Source: an uncultured Gemmatimonadaceae bacterium
Lineage (GTDB): Bacteria > Gemmatimonadota > Gemmatimonadetes > Gemmatimonadales > Gemmatimonadaceae
NCBI GenBank assembly: GCA_963817955.1
Contig: CAWFQK010000003.1
Location: forward strand, 32,001-96,000
DNA length: 64,000 nucleotides
Direction of reading: 5' to 3'
The notes beneath the pieces were generated by a model that did no database searches, was not told the DNA's origin, and was given only the letters and a program-made list of their open reading frames with translations. Numbering within the stretch: position 1 is the first letter of the stretch; every line of letters starts with the position of its first letter. Of this stretch, positions 19,043 through 28,151 are shown piece after piece. A program made the position numbers and the translations under genes.

Positions 19043-20131
19043 GTGAAGGTCGCGCTCATCTGCGACTGGTACCATCCGCGCCTTGGCGGGATCGAGCTTC
19101 ACTTGCAGGATCTCGCGGCGCGGCTGACGGGGGCGGGACACGAGGTGGTGGTGATCACGCCCACGCCCGGGCTCAGCATGGTCGACGGCATCCGCGTGCG
19201 GCGAATAGATGCGCCCCGTGCGCCGAGATTCGGGTTTCTCGTCACGGCGGGCGGGGTACGCGCCATTGGCAGGGCACTCGCCCAGGAAAAAGTGGATGTC
19301 GCCCATTGTCACGTGAGCATTGTGTCTCCCGCCGCACTCGGTGGCGCGAGTGAGGCACAGCGGCTCGGCGTTCCGACCGTGTTGACCTTCCACTCCGTGG
19401 TTCCGCAGACGCGATTGCTGGCGCGGGGCGTTGGGCTCGCGATGGGCGCGGGGCGTTGGAATGCCTGCTTCTCCGCGGTGAGCAATCGCGTAGCGCGCGA
19501 CGTGCAGCCGATCGCGGGTGCCAAATCGATTTCGATCTTGCCGAATGGCATCGATGCAGCATTCTGGCGCGTGGAGCGTGCACCACGCCAGAGCGAGACA
19601 ATCGAGCTGATCTCGGTGATGCGGCTCAACCCTAAAAAGCGACCGATGGCGTTGGTAAACGCGCTGGCCGATGGGCAACTGGCAACGCGTGATGTTCGGC
19701 TGCGAATCGTTGGGGATGGGCCGGAGCGGGCGCGCGTGGAGCAGGCGCTTGAGCGACGCGGGCTGGGTGACCGCATTCAACTGCTCGGGCGGCGGACACG
19801 CGGGGAGATCCGTGCGCTGTTCGCGGAAAGCGACGTGTTCGTGCTGCCCACAGTGCGCGAATCGTTCGGGCTCGCGGCACTAGAGGCGCGGTGCGCCGGG
19901 TTGCCCGTGGTCGCCATGGCGGCATCGGGGGTAGCCGAGTTGATCGAGCATGGGCGAGAGGGACTGCTGGCGCGGAGCGACAGGGAATTTGCGACACATG
20001 TCGCCCGACTATCGGCTGACACTGATCTTCGCGGGCGGATTGCGTCGAACAACAGGGCGACCGTGCCGGCGTGCGAGTGGGGATATGTGATCGAACGGCA
20101 CCTGGCTCTCTACCGGAGTGCGCAGGCGTAA
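19043..20131 (+). CDS. Glycosyltransferase family 4 (PIG-A/PimA-like N-terminus)
   Basis: DWYHPRLGGIE, TFHS, ESFGLAALEA motifs. Confidence 0.85.
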   Translation: MKVALICDWYHPRLGGIELHLQDLAARLTGAGHEVVVITPTPGLSMVDGIRVRRIDAPRAPRFGFLVTAGGVRAIGRALAQEKVDVAHCHVSIVSPAALGGASEAQRLGVPTVLTFHSVVPQTRLLARGVGLAMGAGRWNACFSAVSNRVARDVQPIAGAKSISILPNGIDAAFWRVERAPRQSETIELISVMRLNPKKRPMALVNALADGQLATRDVRLRIVGDGPERARVEQALERRGLGDRIQLLGRRTRGEIRALFAESDVFVLPTVRESFGLAALEARCAGLPVVAMAASGVAELIEHGREGLLARSDREFATHVARLSADTDLRGRIASNNRATVPACEWGYVIERHLALYRSAQA

Positions 20132-20142
20132 GGCGTCGTCCG

Positions 20143-21825
20143 CTATCGCTGCGCCTGCCTATTGGCTCGGGTGCTGATCCGTTCGGCCACGTCGAAGACG
20201 CGCATCAGGGTGCCGATGGCATTCTCGATCTCTTGCTCGGGACGGTCGCGAACGTGCTCGCGTATGCTGGCCTCTACTACCTCGCGAAGGATCTGATACT
20301 CGCGATGAATCTGCTCCTCGCCCCAACCAAGCCGAGCGCGCTGGGCGCCGTGCAGCTCGCAGATGACCTGCTGAATATGCCCGCCGTCGCGCAGCAACGC
20401 AGGCGAATCAATCCGACTCTGCTCGTATGTCGACAGAGATTCCGCGATGTCGGCGAGGAGCGTCACGCCATGGTCCTTCAGATCAGCCTCGGTGAGCAGG
20501 CCCTTACCGGGGAAGGCGGGATCCTCGGCCATCCGCTGTGCGTGCCGCGTTATGATCTCGTCGGCGTTCGCTAACACCGTCAACATGACCGGCGCCAGCG
20601 TCTGCTGGGGCAGGAGCTCCGGCTCGGGGATCGCGGCCAGCTCGTCGGCGGGTTTCAGCGGCGGAAGCCAGAGCGTGAATGTGGAGCCCTTGCCCAACTC
20701 GCTCCGTAGCGTGATGTCGCCCCCCATGAGGCGGGCGAATTGCCGGCTGATCGTGAGCCCGAGTCCAGTTCCGCCGCGGGTGCGCTTGTGACCTGACTCC
20801 GCTTGCACGAACGGCCGGAACACCGCTTCCTGCTCGCTCGGCGCAATTCCAACGCCTGTGTCCTGGATGCTGACGAAGACCCATGGGCCTTCGCCGGTGA
20901 GCTGCGTCCGCTCCGGCGTCTCGCTGGTGGATCCACAGTCGATGATGATCTGTCCACCGCCTGCCGTGAACTTCACGGCGTTCGACAGCAGGTTCACCAA
21001 AATCTGCCGCACGCGATCCTCGTCGCCGCGGTAGACCATGGGGACTTTATCGCTGCAACGGCGCTCCACACGCAATCCCCGCTCCGATGCCTGCGGCCGC
21101 ACGAGCCCGAGAGCGGCGTCAACTGCGTCCTGCAATACGGCGCGCTCCGCCTCCACGGTGACCTGCCCCGCCTCCACTTTGGCCAGATCGAGGACGTCGT
21201 TGATCAAGCCGAGCAGGTGGGCGCTGCTCGAGCGCACACGCTCGAGTTGGTTGCGTTGCGCCGGGTTGACGGGCCCGGCGATTCCCATCTCCAGGATCTC
21301 GGTGTAACCGATGATGGCGTTGATTGGCGTGCGAATCTCGTGACTCATCATGGTCAGGAACTCGCTCTTGGCCTGGTTGGCCCGCTCGGCTTCCATCCGC
21401 GCCGCTTGGGCCTCTTGCAGCAGCCTCTGTCGATCAGTCACGTCCACCACCGTCGCCACCCCACCGAACACACCGCCGCCATCGCGGATGGGGAGCGCGT
21501 AGATGAGGACCGTGCGACGCTTGCCGTCGGCTGTTTCGAGCTCCACCTCCTCTTCGGCAACCATCTCCCCGGTGCGGAGCGCGCGGGCCAGAGCCCACTC
21601 GTGGGGCTGGACGGGTCCGCCGGAATTCGGCCGGTCAGCCTGCGGGTTGCCGGCTGAGCTAGTCCGTTCAGGGAACCGCAGATAGCCGTTCGAGATCACC
21701 TGCGCGGCGCGGTTGGCCTCGACGAGGCGTCCCTTTGCATCGCAGATGAAGACTCCGACCGGCAAGGCGTCGAGCACAGCGCGGAGCCTGCGGCGCTCCA
21801 GCTCGACGGGGGACTCCTGATCCAT
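20143..21825 (-). CDS. PAS-domain sensor histidine kinase with an extra C-terminal helical domain
   Basis: PAS (LDALPVGVFICD), H-box SHEIRTP, N-box NLLSNAVKF, DTGVGI, GTGLGL. Confidence 0.9.
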   Translation of the reverse strand: MDQESPVELERRRLRAVLDALPVGVFICDAKGRLVEANRAAQVISNGYLRFPERTSSAGNPQADRPNSGGPVQPHEWALARALRTGEMVAEEEVELETADGKRRTVLIYALPIRDGGGVFGGVATVVDVTDRQRLLQEAQAARMEAERANQAKSEFLTMMSHEIRTPINAIIGYTEILEMGIAGPVNPAQRNQLERVRSSSAHLLGLINDVLDLAKVEAGQVTVEAERAVLQDAVDAALGLVRPQASERGLRVERRCSDKVPMVYRGDEDRVRQILVNLLSNAVKFTAGGGQIIIDCGSTSETPERTQLTGEGPWVFVSIQDTGVGIAPSEQEAVFRPFVQAESGHKRTRGGTGLGLTISRQFARLMGGDITLRSELGKGSTFTLWLPPLKPADELAAIPEPELLPQQTLAPVMLTVLANADEIITRHAQRMAEDPAFPGKGLLTEADLKDHGVTLLADIAESLSTYEQSRIDSPALLRDGGHIQQVICELHGAQRARLGWGEEQIHREYQILREVVEASIREHVRDRPEQEIENAIGTLMRVFDVAERISTRANRQAQR

Positions 21826-21931
21826 CGGACGGCCATCTGGTTTTGGGTGACCCAGGGGGGTGACCAGAGGGAGGCTTTCGCAGAAAGCACACCAGTAGGA
21901 AGAGCGCGGTGGCAAGCGGGTGGAGGAAACC

Positions 21932-22880
21932 CTACCGCGGCACCGTCGCTCTCCGCCCCAGTGCATGCGCCGAGATGAACCCGTAGCCGATTCCAACGGC
22001 TGGCAGCATGAAGCAGACGTGCTGTACGAGTGCCATCGCCAGCGCTTGATCCGCTCCGACGCCGAGTTGTCGGTAGGCGAAGAACACACTCGCTTCGTAG
22101 GTGCCGAGGTTTCCCGGAGCCACGGGCAGCATTGAGGCAAAGATCATTGCGGCAAGCACGAGGAGCGTTCCGGCAATGCCGACGTCGACGCCGAACGCAT
22201 GTTGCACGGCCATGATCGCGAGGCCGGTGACAGCCTTCATCGCCGCCACCCAGCCCAGGGATAACGCTGAGCGCCGGACGCTTCGTAGCGCGTCGAGTCC
22301 TGCGGCCCATTTCGCGGCGAACAGGCGCAGGCGAGCGACTGTGCCGCGATCGTCAGATGTGGTGATTCGCTGGTGATTGTGCGCAACAACCACAAGAACT
22401 ACGAACAGCACCGCGACACCAATGCACACAATAGAGACAGTAGCACGCATCCAGACTGGCAACGGAACCAGCAGCGCGACGAGCAGGAAGAGGGTGACCT
22501 TCACGATCCCCTCTCCGAGTTGATCGAGTGCCAGCACGGATAGCGCGGCATGGTCGCCGATGCCGCCGCGCCGGGCGAGCAGGAAGACGGCAGACGCATG
22601 CCCGCCGCCGAACGGCATGGTGTTCATGAGCGCCGAGGAGGTGGCGGCGATCTCGAACATGCGGGGGGCGGGGGGGCGCGGAGTGGTGCTGGGGATTAGC
22701 GAGCGCCAGAGGCCGCTGAGGCACAGGAGGATGGTCGCGTTCGCGAGGATGGCGGTGAGAAGCCAGTAGGGGTTCGCCGCGGAGAGGGTGGTGGCTAGGC
22801 GAGACCAGGCGATCTGGCGCGCAAGGATGACTACGAGCGCGGAGGTGGCGAGCCAGGCGAGGAGGAGAGCGAGGCGGAGT
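21932..22880 (-). CDS. Lysylphosphatidylglycerol synthase TM/UPF0104 flippase-like membrane protein; 5' end uncertain (ORF stays open to GTG 23023 through repeat DNA)
   Basis: Multi-TM with W..L, NTMP..GG, LPVAPGNLGTYEA motifs. Confidence 0.75.
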
Positions 22881-23054
22881 CGGGTTGGGCTCCGGGTGTT
22901 GACTGGCTGGATGTCGCTGGCTGCTCCGTAGCGGTCGGCCCACCGGTCGGCGAGTTTCGGGTTTCCAGTTGTGAGTTGTGCGTTGTGAGTCTCGTGTCCC
23001 GTGTCGCATGTCTCGTGTCTCACACCCGTGTCTCGTGTCTCACACCCGTGTCTC
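22880..23054. repeat. 111-bp dispersed repeat module followed by GTGTC(C/T)C heptamers
   Basis: 22880-22990 matches 32588-32698 with 8 mismatches by manual alignment; heptamers run 22987-23054. Confidence 0.9.
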
Positions 23055-23059
23055 TTTAC

Positions 23060-23977
23060 TCACAGTCGCCCGTTCGCGGCATACCACCGGTACGTCTCCC
23101 CTAACCCTGACGCCAGGTCGATCTGCGGCGTCCAGCCGAGGTCCCGACGGGCTGCGGCGTTCGAGCAGAGCCAGTACTGGGGGAGACTCAATGCCACCTT
23201 GTGCGACGTGAGCAGCCCGGTTCGGCCCGTGAGCCGCGCATAGGCGTCACCCACGGCGGCGCCCAGCGCGACCATGGGGACTGGAATCTGGACGTCCATC
23301 GACAGTTGCTTGCTCATGCAATCTGCGACGGCGTGGAACAGATCGCCCCACGTCACCGGGGCGTCGTTGCAGAAAAAGAACGTCTGTCCAGCAGCGGAAG
23401 GCTCCTGTGCGCAACGAAAGATGGCGTCCACCAGGTCGCGCACATGGACGATCGCGAACTTCTGGTCGCGGTTTCCCGCATGGATCGCGATGCCGCGGCG
23501 GGCCAGCCGAAACACCGGCAGAAAGTCTCGATCGTAGGGACCGTAGACCGCGGACGGCCGCGCGATGACGTGCGGGACGTCTGAAGCACGCACGCGGTGC
23601 TCGGCGTCGAGCTTGCTGCGACCGTAGGCTTCGACGGGCGCTGGTAGCGTTTCTTCGGTGATCGGCGTGTCGGAAGCCGCCGGTCCGGCCGCGGCCTGGG
23701 ACGACACGTAGACAAGTCGCTTCACGCCACCGCGTTTCGCTGCCGCGATCACGCGCGAGGTGAGCTCGACGTTCGAGGTCCAGAGCTCGCGCTCGGTCGG
23801 CGCACGCGTCGCACCCGCAACATGCACGACGACGTCGGCGTCGTGGACGAGAGACTCGAGGCCGCCAGAAATGAAGTCAGCGCGCTGAATGGGGCGTGTC
23901 TCCCACCCCGCGCGGGCAAAAGTCTGCACGACGTGTCGTCCAATGAACCCGTTCGCGCCAGTGATTGCCGCAATCAT
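23060..23977 (-). CDS. NAD-dependent epimerase/dehydratase (extended SDR), ceramide reductase CerR-like
   Basis: TGANGFIG, VSSQAAAGP, YGRSK, RPSAVYGPYDRD motifs; near Spt/bCerS-like genes. Confidence 0.7.
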   Translation of the reverse strand: MIAAITGANGFIGRHVVQTFARAGWETRPIQRADFISGGLESLVHDADVVVHVAGATRAPTERELWTSNVELTSRVIAAAKRGGVKRLVYVSSQAAAGPAASDTPITEETLPAPVEAYGRSKLDAEHRVRASDVPHVIARPSAVYGPYDRDFLPVFRLARRGIAIHAGNRDQKFAIVHVRDLVDAIFRCAQEPSAAGQTFFFCNDAPVTWGDLFHAVADCMSKQLSMDVQIPVPMVALGAAVGDAYARLTGRTGLLTSHKVALSLPQYWLCSNAAARRDLGWTPQIDLASGLGETYRWYAANGRL

Positions 23978-24158
23978 GCGTTGCAAATTCGCTGATTGTG
24001 TTGCGGCGGGGTAGTGCCGGGCTCGGGGGGGGGCGTGCGGGCTGTCAGTCATCAGTGACTGAGGACCCCGACAGCCCTCGGACTGATGACTGAAGACAGT
24101 CGGCTCTGTTCCGCTAAAGCGTTGGTCCGGGCGCCCATCCAGCAAAGCTTCAGCGATG

Positions 24159-24965
24159 TCAGCCCTTCCGGCCCCCCGAGCTAGGCGGCAGGTGCTCCCC
24201 TCGGCGCAAAGCATGTCGAAGCGCCTCCTGCTCCTGCAGGAGCGGTCGCCAGTACGCCTCGTCGGCCTGACGTTCGCGAGCCTCCTCCTCTTCCAGAGCA
24301 ACGCGGATCGCCATGAGCGACCCGCCCTGGGCCAGAGCCTGTACGGCGAACCCGGTCGCCTCGCGCCCAGCGGCCACTTCTCGCGCCGCATTCGGCGCCC
24401 GGCGCGCACAGTCCACGAGCGCTTCTGGGGTGCGCAGTTCGCGCAACCAGAACGCGATCCGGCTGTCGGTCGGCTCACGTGCGAACTCGGCGTAGTGTGC
24501 GTCTACGAGCCGACGGACCATGGGCCAGTCTTTGTCGCGGCGCGTCTTCTTGGCGGAGACCAAGTCCTCGAGCCCGATCACGTCTACCTCGCCGATCTCG
24601 TCGAGGATAGCAATGGTGCGCCGCGCCCAACACGTATCGAAGTCTGGTACGTTCCGCATGACCGCCATGATGTCGAGCCGCATGCCGTCTGCGGCTGCAC
24701 ACCGGAAGTGCACGGAGTGCCCGCGCTCCAGATATTCGCGCGTGAAGGGGGGTACCGCGGTGACGGTTGCGCCCAGCTCATCAAGTGCCGCCTGTAGGCG
24801 GCCGAGGTTCTCCGGGTGTGCGTAGATCGCGAGATCAACGTCTCGGCTAAACTCCAAGCCGCCGTAGAGAATGCACGCCTGGCCGCCCATGAGGAGGGCG
24901 CGGACGCCATGCCGTCGCGTCGTCGTGAGCACCGTACGCACCGGAGTCGGCATCGAAGTCGTCAT
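24159..24965 (-). CDS. Pol-beta-superfamily nucleotidyltransferase-like protein
   Basis: MGGQACILYG..EFSRDVD, RLDIM, LEDLVSAKKT.RDKD motifs. Confidence 0.75.
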   Translation of the reverse strand: MTTSMPTPVRTVLTTTRRHGVRALLMGGQACILYGGLEFSRDVDLAIYAHPENLGRLQAALDELGATVTAVPPFTREYLERGHSVHFRCAAADGMRLDIMAVMRNVPDFDTCWARRTIAILDEIGEVDVIGLEDLVSAKKTRRDKDWPMVRRLVDAHYAEFAREPTDSRIAFWLRELRTPEALVDCARRAPNAAREVAAGREATGFAVQALAQGGSLMAIRVALEEEEARERQADEAYWRPLLQEQEALRHALRRGEHLPPSSGGRKG

Positions 24966-25167
24966 GCAAGCGCCCCCCGAGCGCGTTGAACGTGACCCAT
25001 AGACGGCAGGACTCTCGCCACCGCGCGGCGGGGGTCAGGTGCATCCAGTCCGCGAACTCTTCGCCGTATATCCGTATCCAGTCCTCGCGCGTGAGCGCGC
25101 TGGGGCGCAGCGCCAGGACGGGCTCGATGAGCGTTGTCAGGGGGGACGCGGGGGGGCGTTCCGTCAT
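24847..25167 (-). CDS. Small hypothetical protein, probable partner of the nucleotidyltransferase
   Basis: 106-aa ORF with W..LTP..RW motif; TATCAT 6 nt upstream of ATG; overlaps the NTase 5' end. Confidence 0.55.
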   Translation of the reverse strand: MTERPPASPLTTLIEPVLALRPSALTREDWIRIYGEEFADWMHLTPAARWRESCRLWVTFNALGGRLHDDFDADSGAYGAHDDATAWRPRPPHGRPGVHSLRRLGV

Positions 25168-25217
25168 GTCCTTATGATACCTGGACAAGCGGAGCCCTGC
25201 CAAACGCGGGCGACGCA

Positions 25218-25288
25218 CCGGCTGTTGAGGGGTCTGGATGTCGCTTGCTGTTCCGTACCAGTCGCGTGCCCCGTGTCTCGTGTCTCGT
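25218..25288. repeat. Diverged partial copy of the dispersed repeat module plus heptamers
   Basis: CTGGATGTCGCTTGCTGTTCCGTA resembles 22907-22930; followed by GTGCCCC GTGTCTC GTGTCTC. Confidence 0.75.
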
Positions 25289-26359
25289 TCAGAGCGTCAC
25301 CCGGAATACGCCTTTGAGTGCCGCAGCCATGATCGCCAGCTCGGCCACGAGCCGGCTGCCGGCGACGGCAGTCGTGTGCATTTTGGCCTGCTTCGCGGCG
25401 TGCGGGAACCAGCAGCGCCGAGGAGTGACGGTGGCCAGCGCAGCGGCCAGCTCGCGGCCACTGCGCCACCGGTCTGTGCGCACCTTCGCGAGACACCGCT
25501 CGATTGCCATGACGAGGCCTTCAGGGGCCGATAGAGCACGCGCCGACAGCGGCATGGGGGACTGGGCGATGTGCTTCGCGGCGAGCGCTTCGAATGTATC
25601 GGCGTCAAACGGAAGCATCCCCGACAGCATATAGAAGCCGAGCACGCCCAGCGAGTACAGATCGCTGCGGCCGTCGATGTTCAGTTCACCCACCGCCTGT
25701 TCGGGCGACATGTAGTGCGGTGTGCCGAACGCGCGCAACGAATCGGCGCGCACCGGATCGAGAGAGCGCAGCAGTGCGACGCCGAAGTCCGTGAGCATGG
25801 CACGTCCGCTCCCGCGCTCGAGCAGAATGTTCTCCGGCTTGAGGTCACGGTGGACCACACCATCGCGGTGTGCCGAGTCAAGCGCCAGCGCGAGGTCGCG
25901 CAACACACGCTGCACTTCCGCGGGCGGCAATCGTGGGTCGCGACGCAAGCGCTCGGCGAGCGATTCGCCATCGACGAACTTCATCACGATGTAGACGAGC
26001 GGCGCGGCTCGTGGATCGGCTGGATCGGCTGGATCGGCTGGATCGGCTGGATCGCCGGCGATCTCGCCAAAGCTGTGCACCGGAACGATGTTCGGGTGCG
26101 ACAACCGGGCTGTGGTCCGTGCTTCGCGGCGAAAGCGCTCGCGATGCTCTTCAGATGATGTGAACTCGCTGCGGAGCACCTTGATCGCGACGAGCCTGTG
26201 CAGCGCGATGTCGCGCGCAAGAAACACCACGCCCATACCGCCGCGTCCAATTTCGCGCACCACCTGGAACTGCGCACCCAGGTGCGCGACGAGTTGGTCG
26301 CGCTCTGGTGCGATGGGTGCCGCGATGGGCAGTGGACGATCAGCGAGATGCGTAGACAT
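25289..26359 (-). CDS. Hanks-type Ser/Thr protein kinase
   Basis: GRGGMGVV, VAIK, HRDLKPEN, DFG, GTPHYMSPEQ, DLYSLG motifs. Confidence 0.95.
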   Translation of the reverse strand: MSTHLADRPLPIAAPIAPERDQLVAHLGAQFQVVREIGRGGMGVVFLARDIALHRLVAIKVLRSEFTSSEEHRERFRREARTTARLSHPNIVPVHSFGEIAGDPADPADPADPADPRAAPLVYIVMKFVDGESLAERLRRDPRLPPAEVQRVLRDLALALDSAHRDGVVHRDLKPENILLERGSGRAMLTDFGVALLRSLDPVRADSLRAFGTPHYMSPEQAVGELNIDGRSDLYSLGVLGFYMLSGMLPFDADTFEALAAKHIAQSPMPLSARALSAPEGLVMAIERCLAKVRTDRWRSGRELAAALATVTPRRCWFPHAAKQAKMHTTAVAGSRLVAELAIMAAALKGVFRVTL

Positions 26360-26558
26360 GGGAATTTGATTCTTCAGACACCACTCGCTTCCAAAGGGTT
26401 TGCACAAAGGCTTTGCACAAAGGAAGCTTCGTGCCTCACACGGACGTCCGGGTGCGGCGCTTACACGGACGTACGGGTGCAGTTGGGAAATAGTTCCCTG
26501 GCGCATTCGTCGCCGATCGACGCTCTGGTATCTGTCGTGCAAAGCTGAGCAGTCGATC

Positions 26559-28151
26559 ATGGATGTCATACCCATCAGAGCGCCCGCCTGTCTTGCACTC
26601 GTGTTTGCCATCGCCTGTGCACCCGGCACGCCGCGAATTGACGGTGCGCCTGGAGCGCCGGCGGGACCGGCGACGTTGTGGCCGACTCCTGTAAAGGCAC
26701 GGACGCCGCCGCCGGACACGACTGTCCCCGTCGCACCCGAGGTATCCGGGGCTCTCGTGCATGATTCGCTCCCGGCGGGTTCGGTGCGCGCGTTGTCGCT
26801 CACCGACGTGATCGATCTCGCGTTACGCAACTCGCCAACGACGCAGGAGTCGTGGGCGACGGCACGCGCCGCGGCGGAATCGTATGGTGTGGCGCGCAGC
26901 GTGTTATATCCGACGATCACGGGATCGATCACCACGTCGCGCACGGGCAGCTCGGCGAGCGGACTTGGCGGCAGTGGCGGAACCAGCTCCATTCCCGGCG
27001 CTGCCGGCGACACGACGCAAGCCGGAACCGGTAGCAACACGGGGAACACGGGCGTGATCGGCGGCTCCAACTTCACCCGAACGACCCTCTCGCCGTCGCT
27101 ATCGCTGACGTACCTGGTGTTCGACTTAGGAGGCCGTGCTGGCACGATCGAGGTCGCCAAGGAGCGCGCCGTTGCCGCGGATCTGGCCCACAATTTCGCG
27201 GTGCAGAACGTCGTCTTGCAGGTGGAGTCGTCGCTCTTCTCGTTTCTGGCGACGCGGGCGCTCCGCGACGCGCAATTGGTGAACATCGCGGAGGCGCAAG
27301 CGGATTTCGCCGCGGCCGAGGAGCGGCACCGCGTTGGTGTCGCCACCCTGCAGGAGGTGCTGCAGACTCACACGGCGTTGTCGCAGGCGCAGCTCCAACT
27401 GGAGACACTGGAGAGCAACCTGCGCGGCGCGCAGGGAGCTCTCGCGGTCGCCATGGGCTTTCCGGCGAATCTTCGCTACGACATTCCCAACATCGTCGCG
27501 GCAGACTCCGTGCTGCAGGTATCGGCGTCGGTGGACACGCTGATCAATCGAGCGATCACCCTGCGTCCCGATCTCGCGGCCCAGCGTGCCGATGCCGCCG
27601 CGCTCGCGGCGCAGGTGCGTGTAGCGCGCTCGGCGGGATTCCCCGCGCTCACACTCCGATCGACCGGAAGCACCACCAGCGGGTTAGCGGGCACGTCGCT
27701 GAGCGCACGCAATTACTCGATTGTGCTCGGGCTACAGATCCCGATCTTCAACGGCTTCTCGACGCAGTACAGCGTGCGCGCGGCGCGAGATGCGTATCTC
27801 GCCGGGTTGGCGCACGTGCGAACGGTGAGTCAACAGATCTCGCTTCAGGTTTTCACCTCTTATTACGCGCTGCGCGCAGCGACGCAGCGAGTGAGCACGT
27901 CGGCCGAGCTCCTCGCGGTGGCGCAGCAATCGGTGGACATGGCCGCCGGGCGGTACCGTGGCGGCGTTGGCACGATCATCGACCTGTTGCTCGCACGGAG
28001 TGCGCTGGCGTCGGCGCGCGCCGAGTCGATTCAGGCGCAGTGGGAATGGCGGACAGCGCTGGTCCAGCTCGCGCACGACGCCGGCATGCTCGACCTCGGC
28101 GGCCATCCGGACCTGCCGCTGGGGGCGGACACAACGGGAATTCGCAGATGA
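26559..28151 (+). CDS. TolC-family outer membrane efflux lipoprotein
   Basis: Lipobox-like AIAC, LSLTDVIDLALRNSP, RPDL, Y.GGVGTIIDLL; first gene of an RND operon. Confidence 0.9.
   Translation: MDVIPIRAPACLALVFAIACAPGTPRIDGAPGAPAGPATLWPTPVKARTPPPDTTVPVAPEVSGALVHDSLPAGSVRALSLTDVIDLALRNSPTTQESWATARAAAESYGVARSVLYPTITGSITTSRTGSSASGLGGSGGTSSIPGAAGDTTQAGTGSNTGNTGVIGGSNFTRTTLSPSLSLTYLVFDLGGRAGTIEVAKERAVAADLAHNFAVQNVVLQVESSLFSFLATRALRDAQLVNIAEAQADFAAAEERHRVGVATLQEVLQTHTALSQAQLQLETLESNLRGAQGALAVAMGFPANLRYDIPNIVAADSVLQVSASVDTLINRAITLRPDLAAQRADAAALAAQVRVARSAGFPALTLRSTGSTTSGLAGTSLSARNYSIVLGLQIPIFNGFSTQYSVRAARDAYLAGLAHVRTVSQQISLQVFTSYYALRAATQRVSTSAELLAVAQQSVDMAAGRYRGGVGTIIDLLLARSALASARAESIQAQWEWRTALVQLAHDAGMLDLGGHPDLPLGADTTGIRR

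Noticed and set aside
26360..27346. N-terminal extension of the kinase ORF (685 aa)
   Set aside because: Antisense to the TolC-like gene; kinase homology starts near 26359
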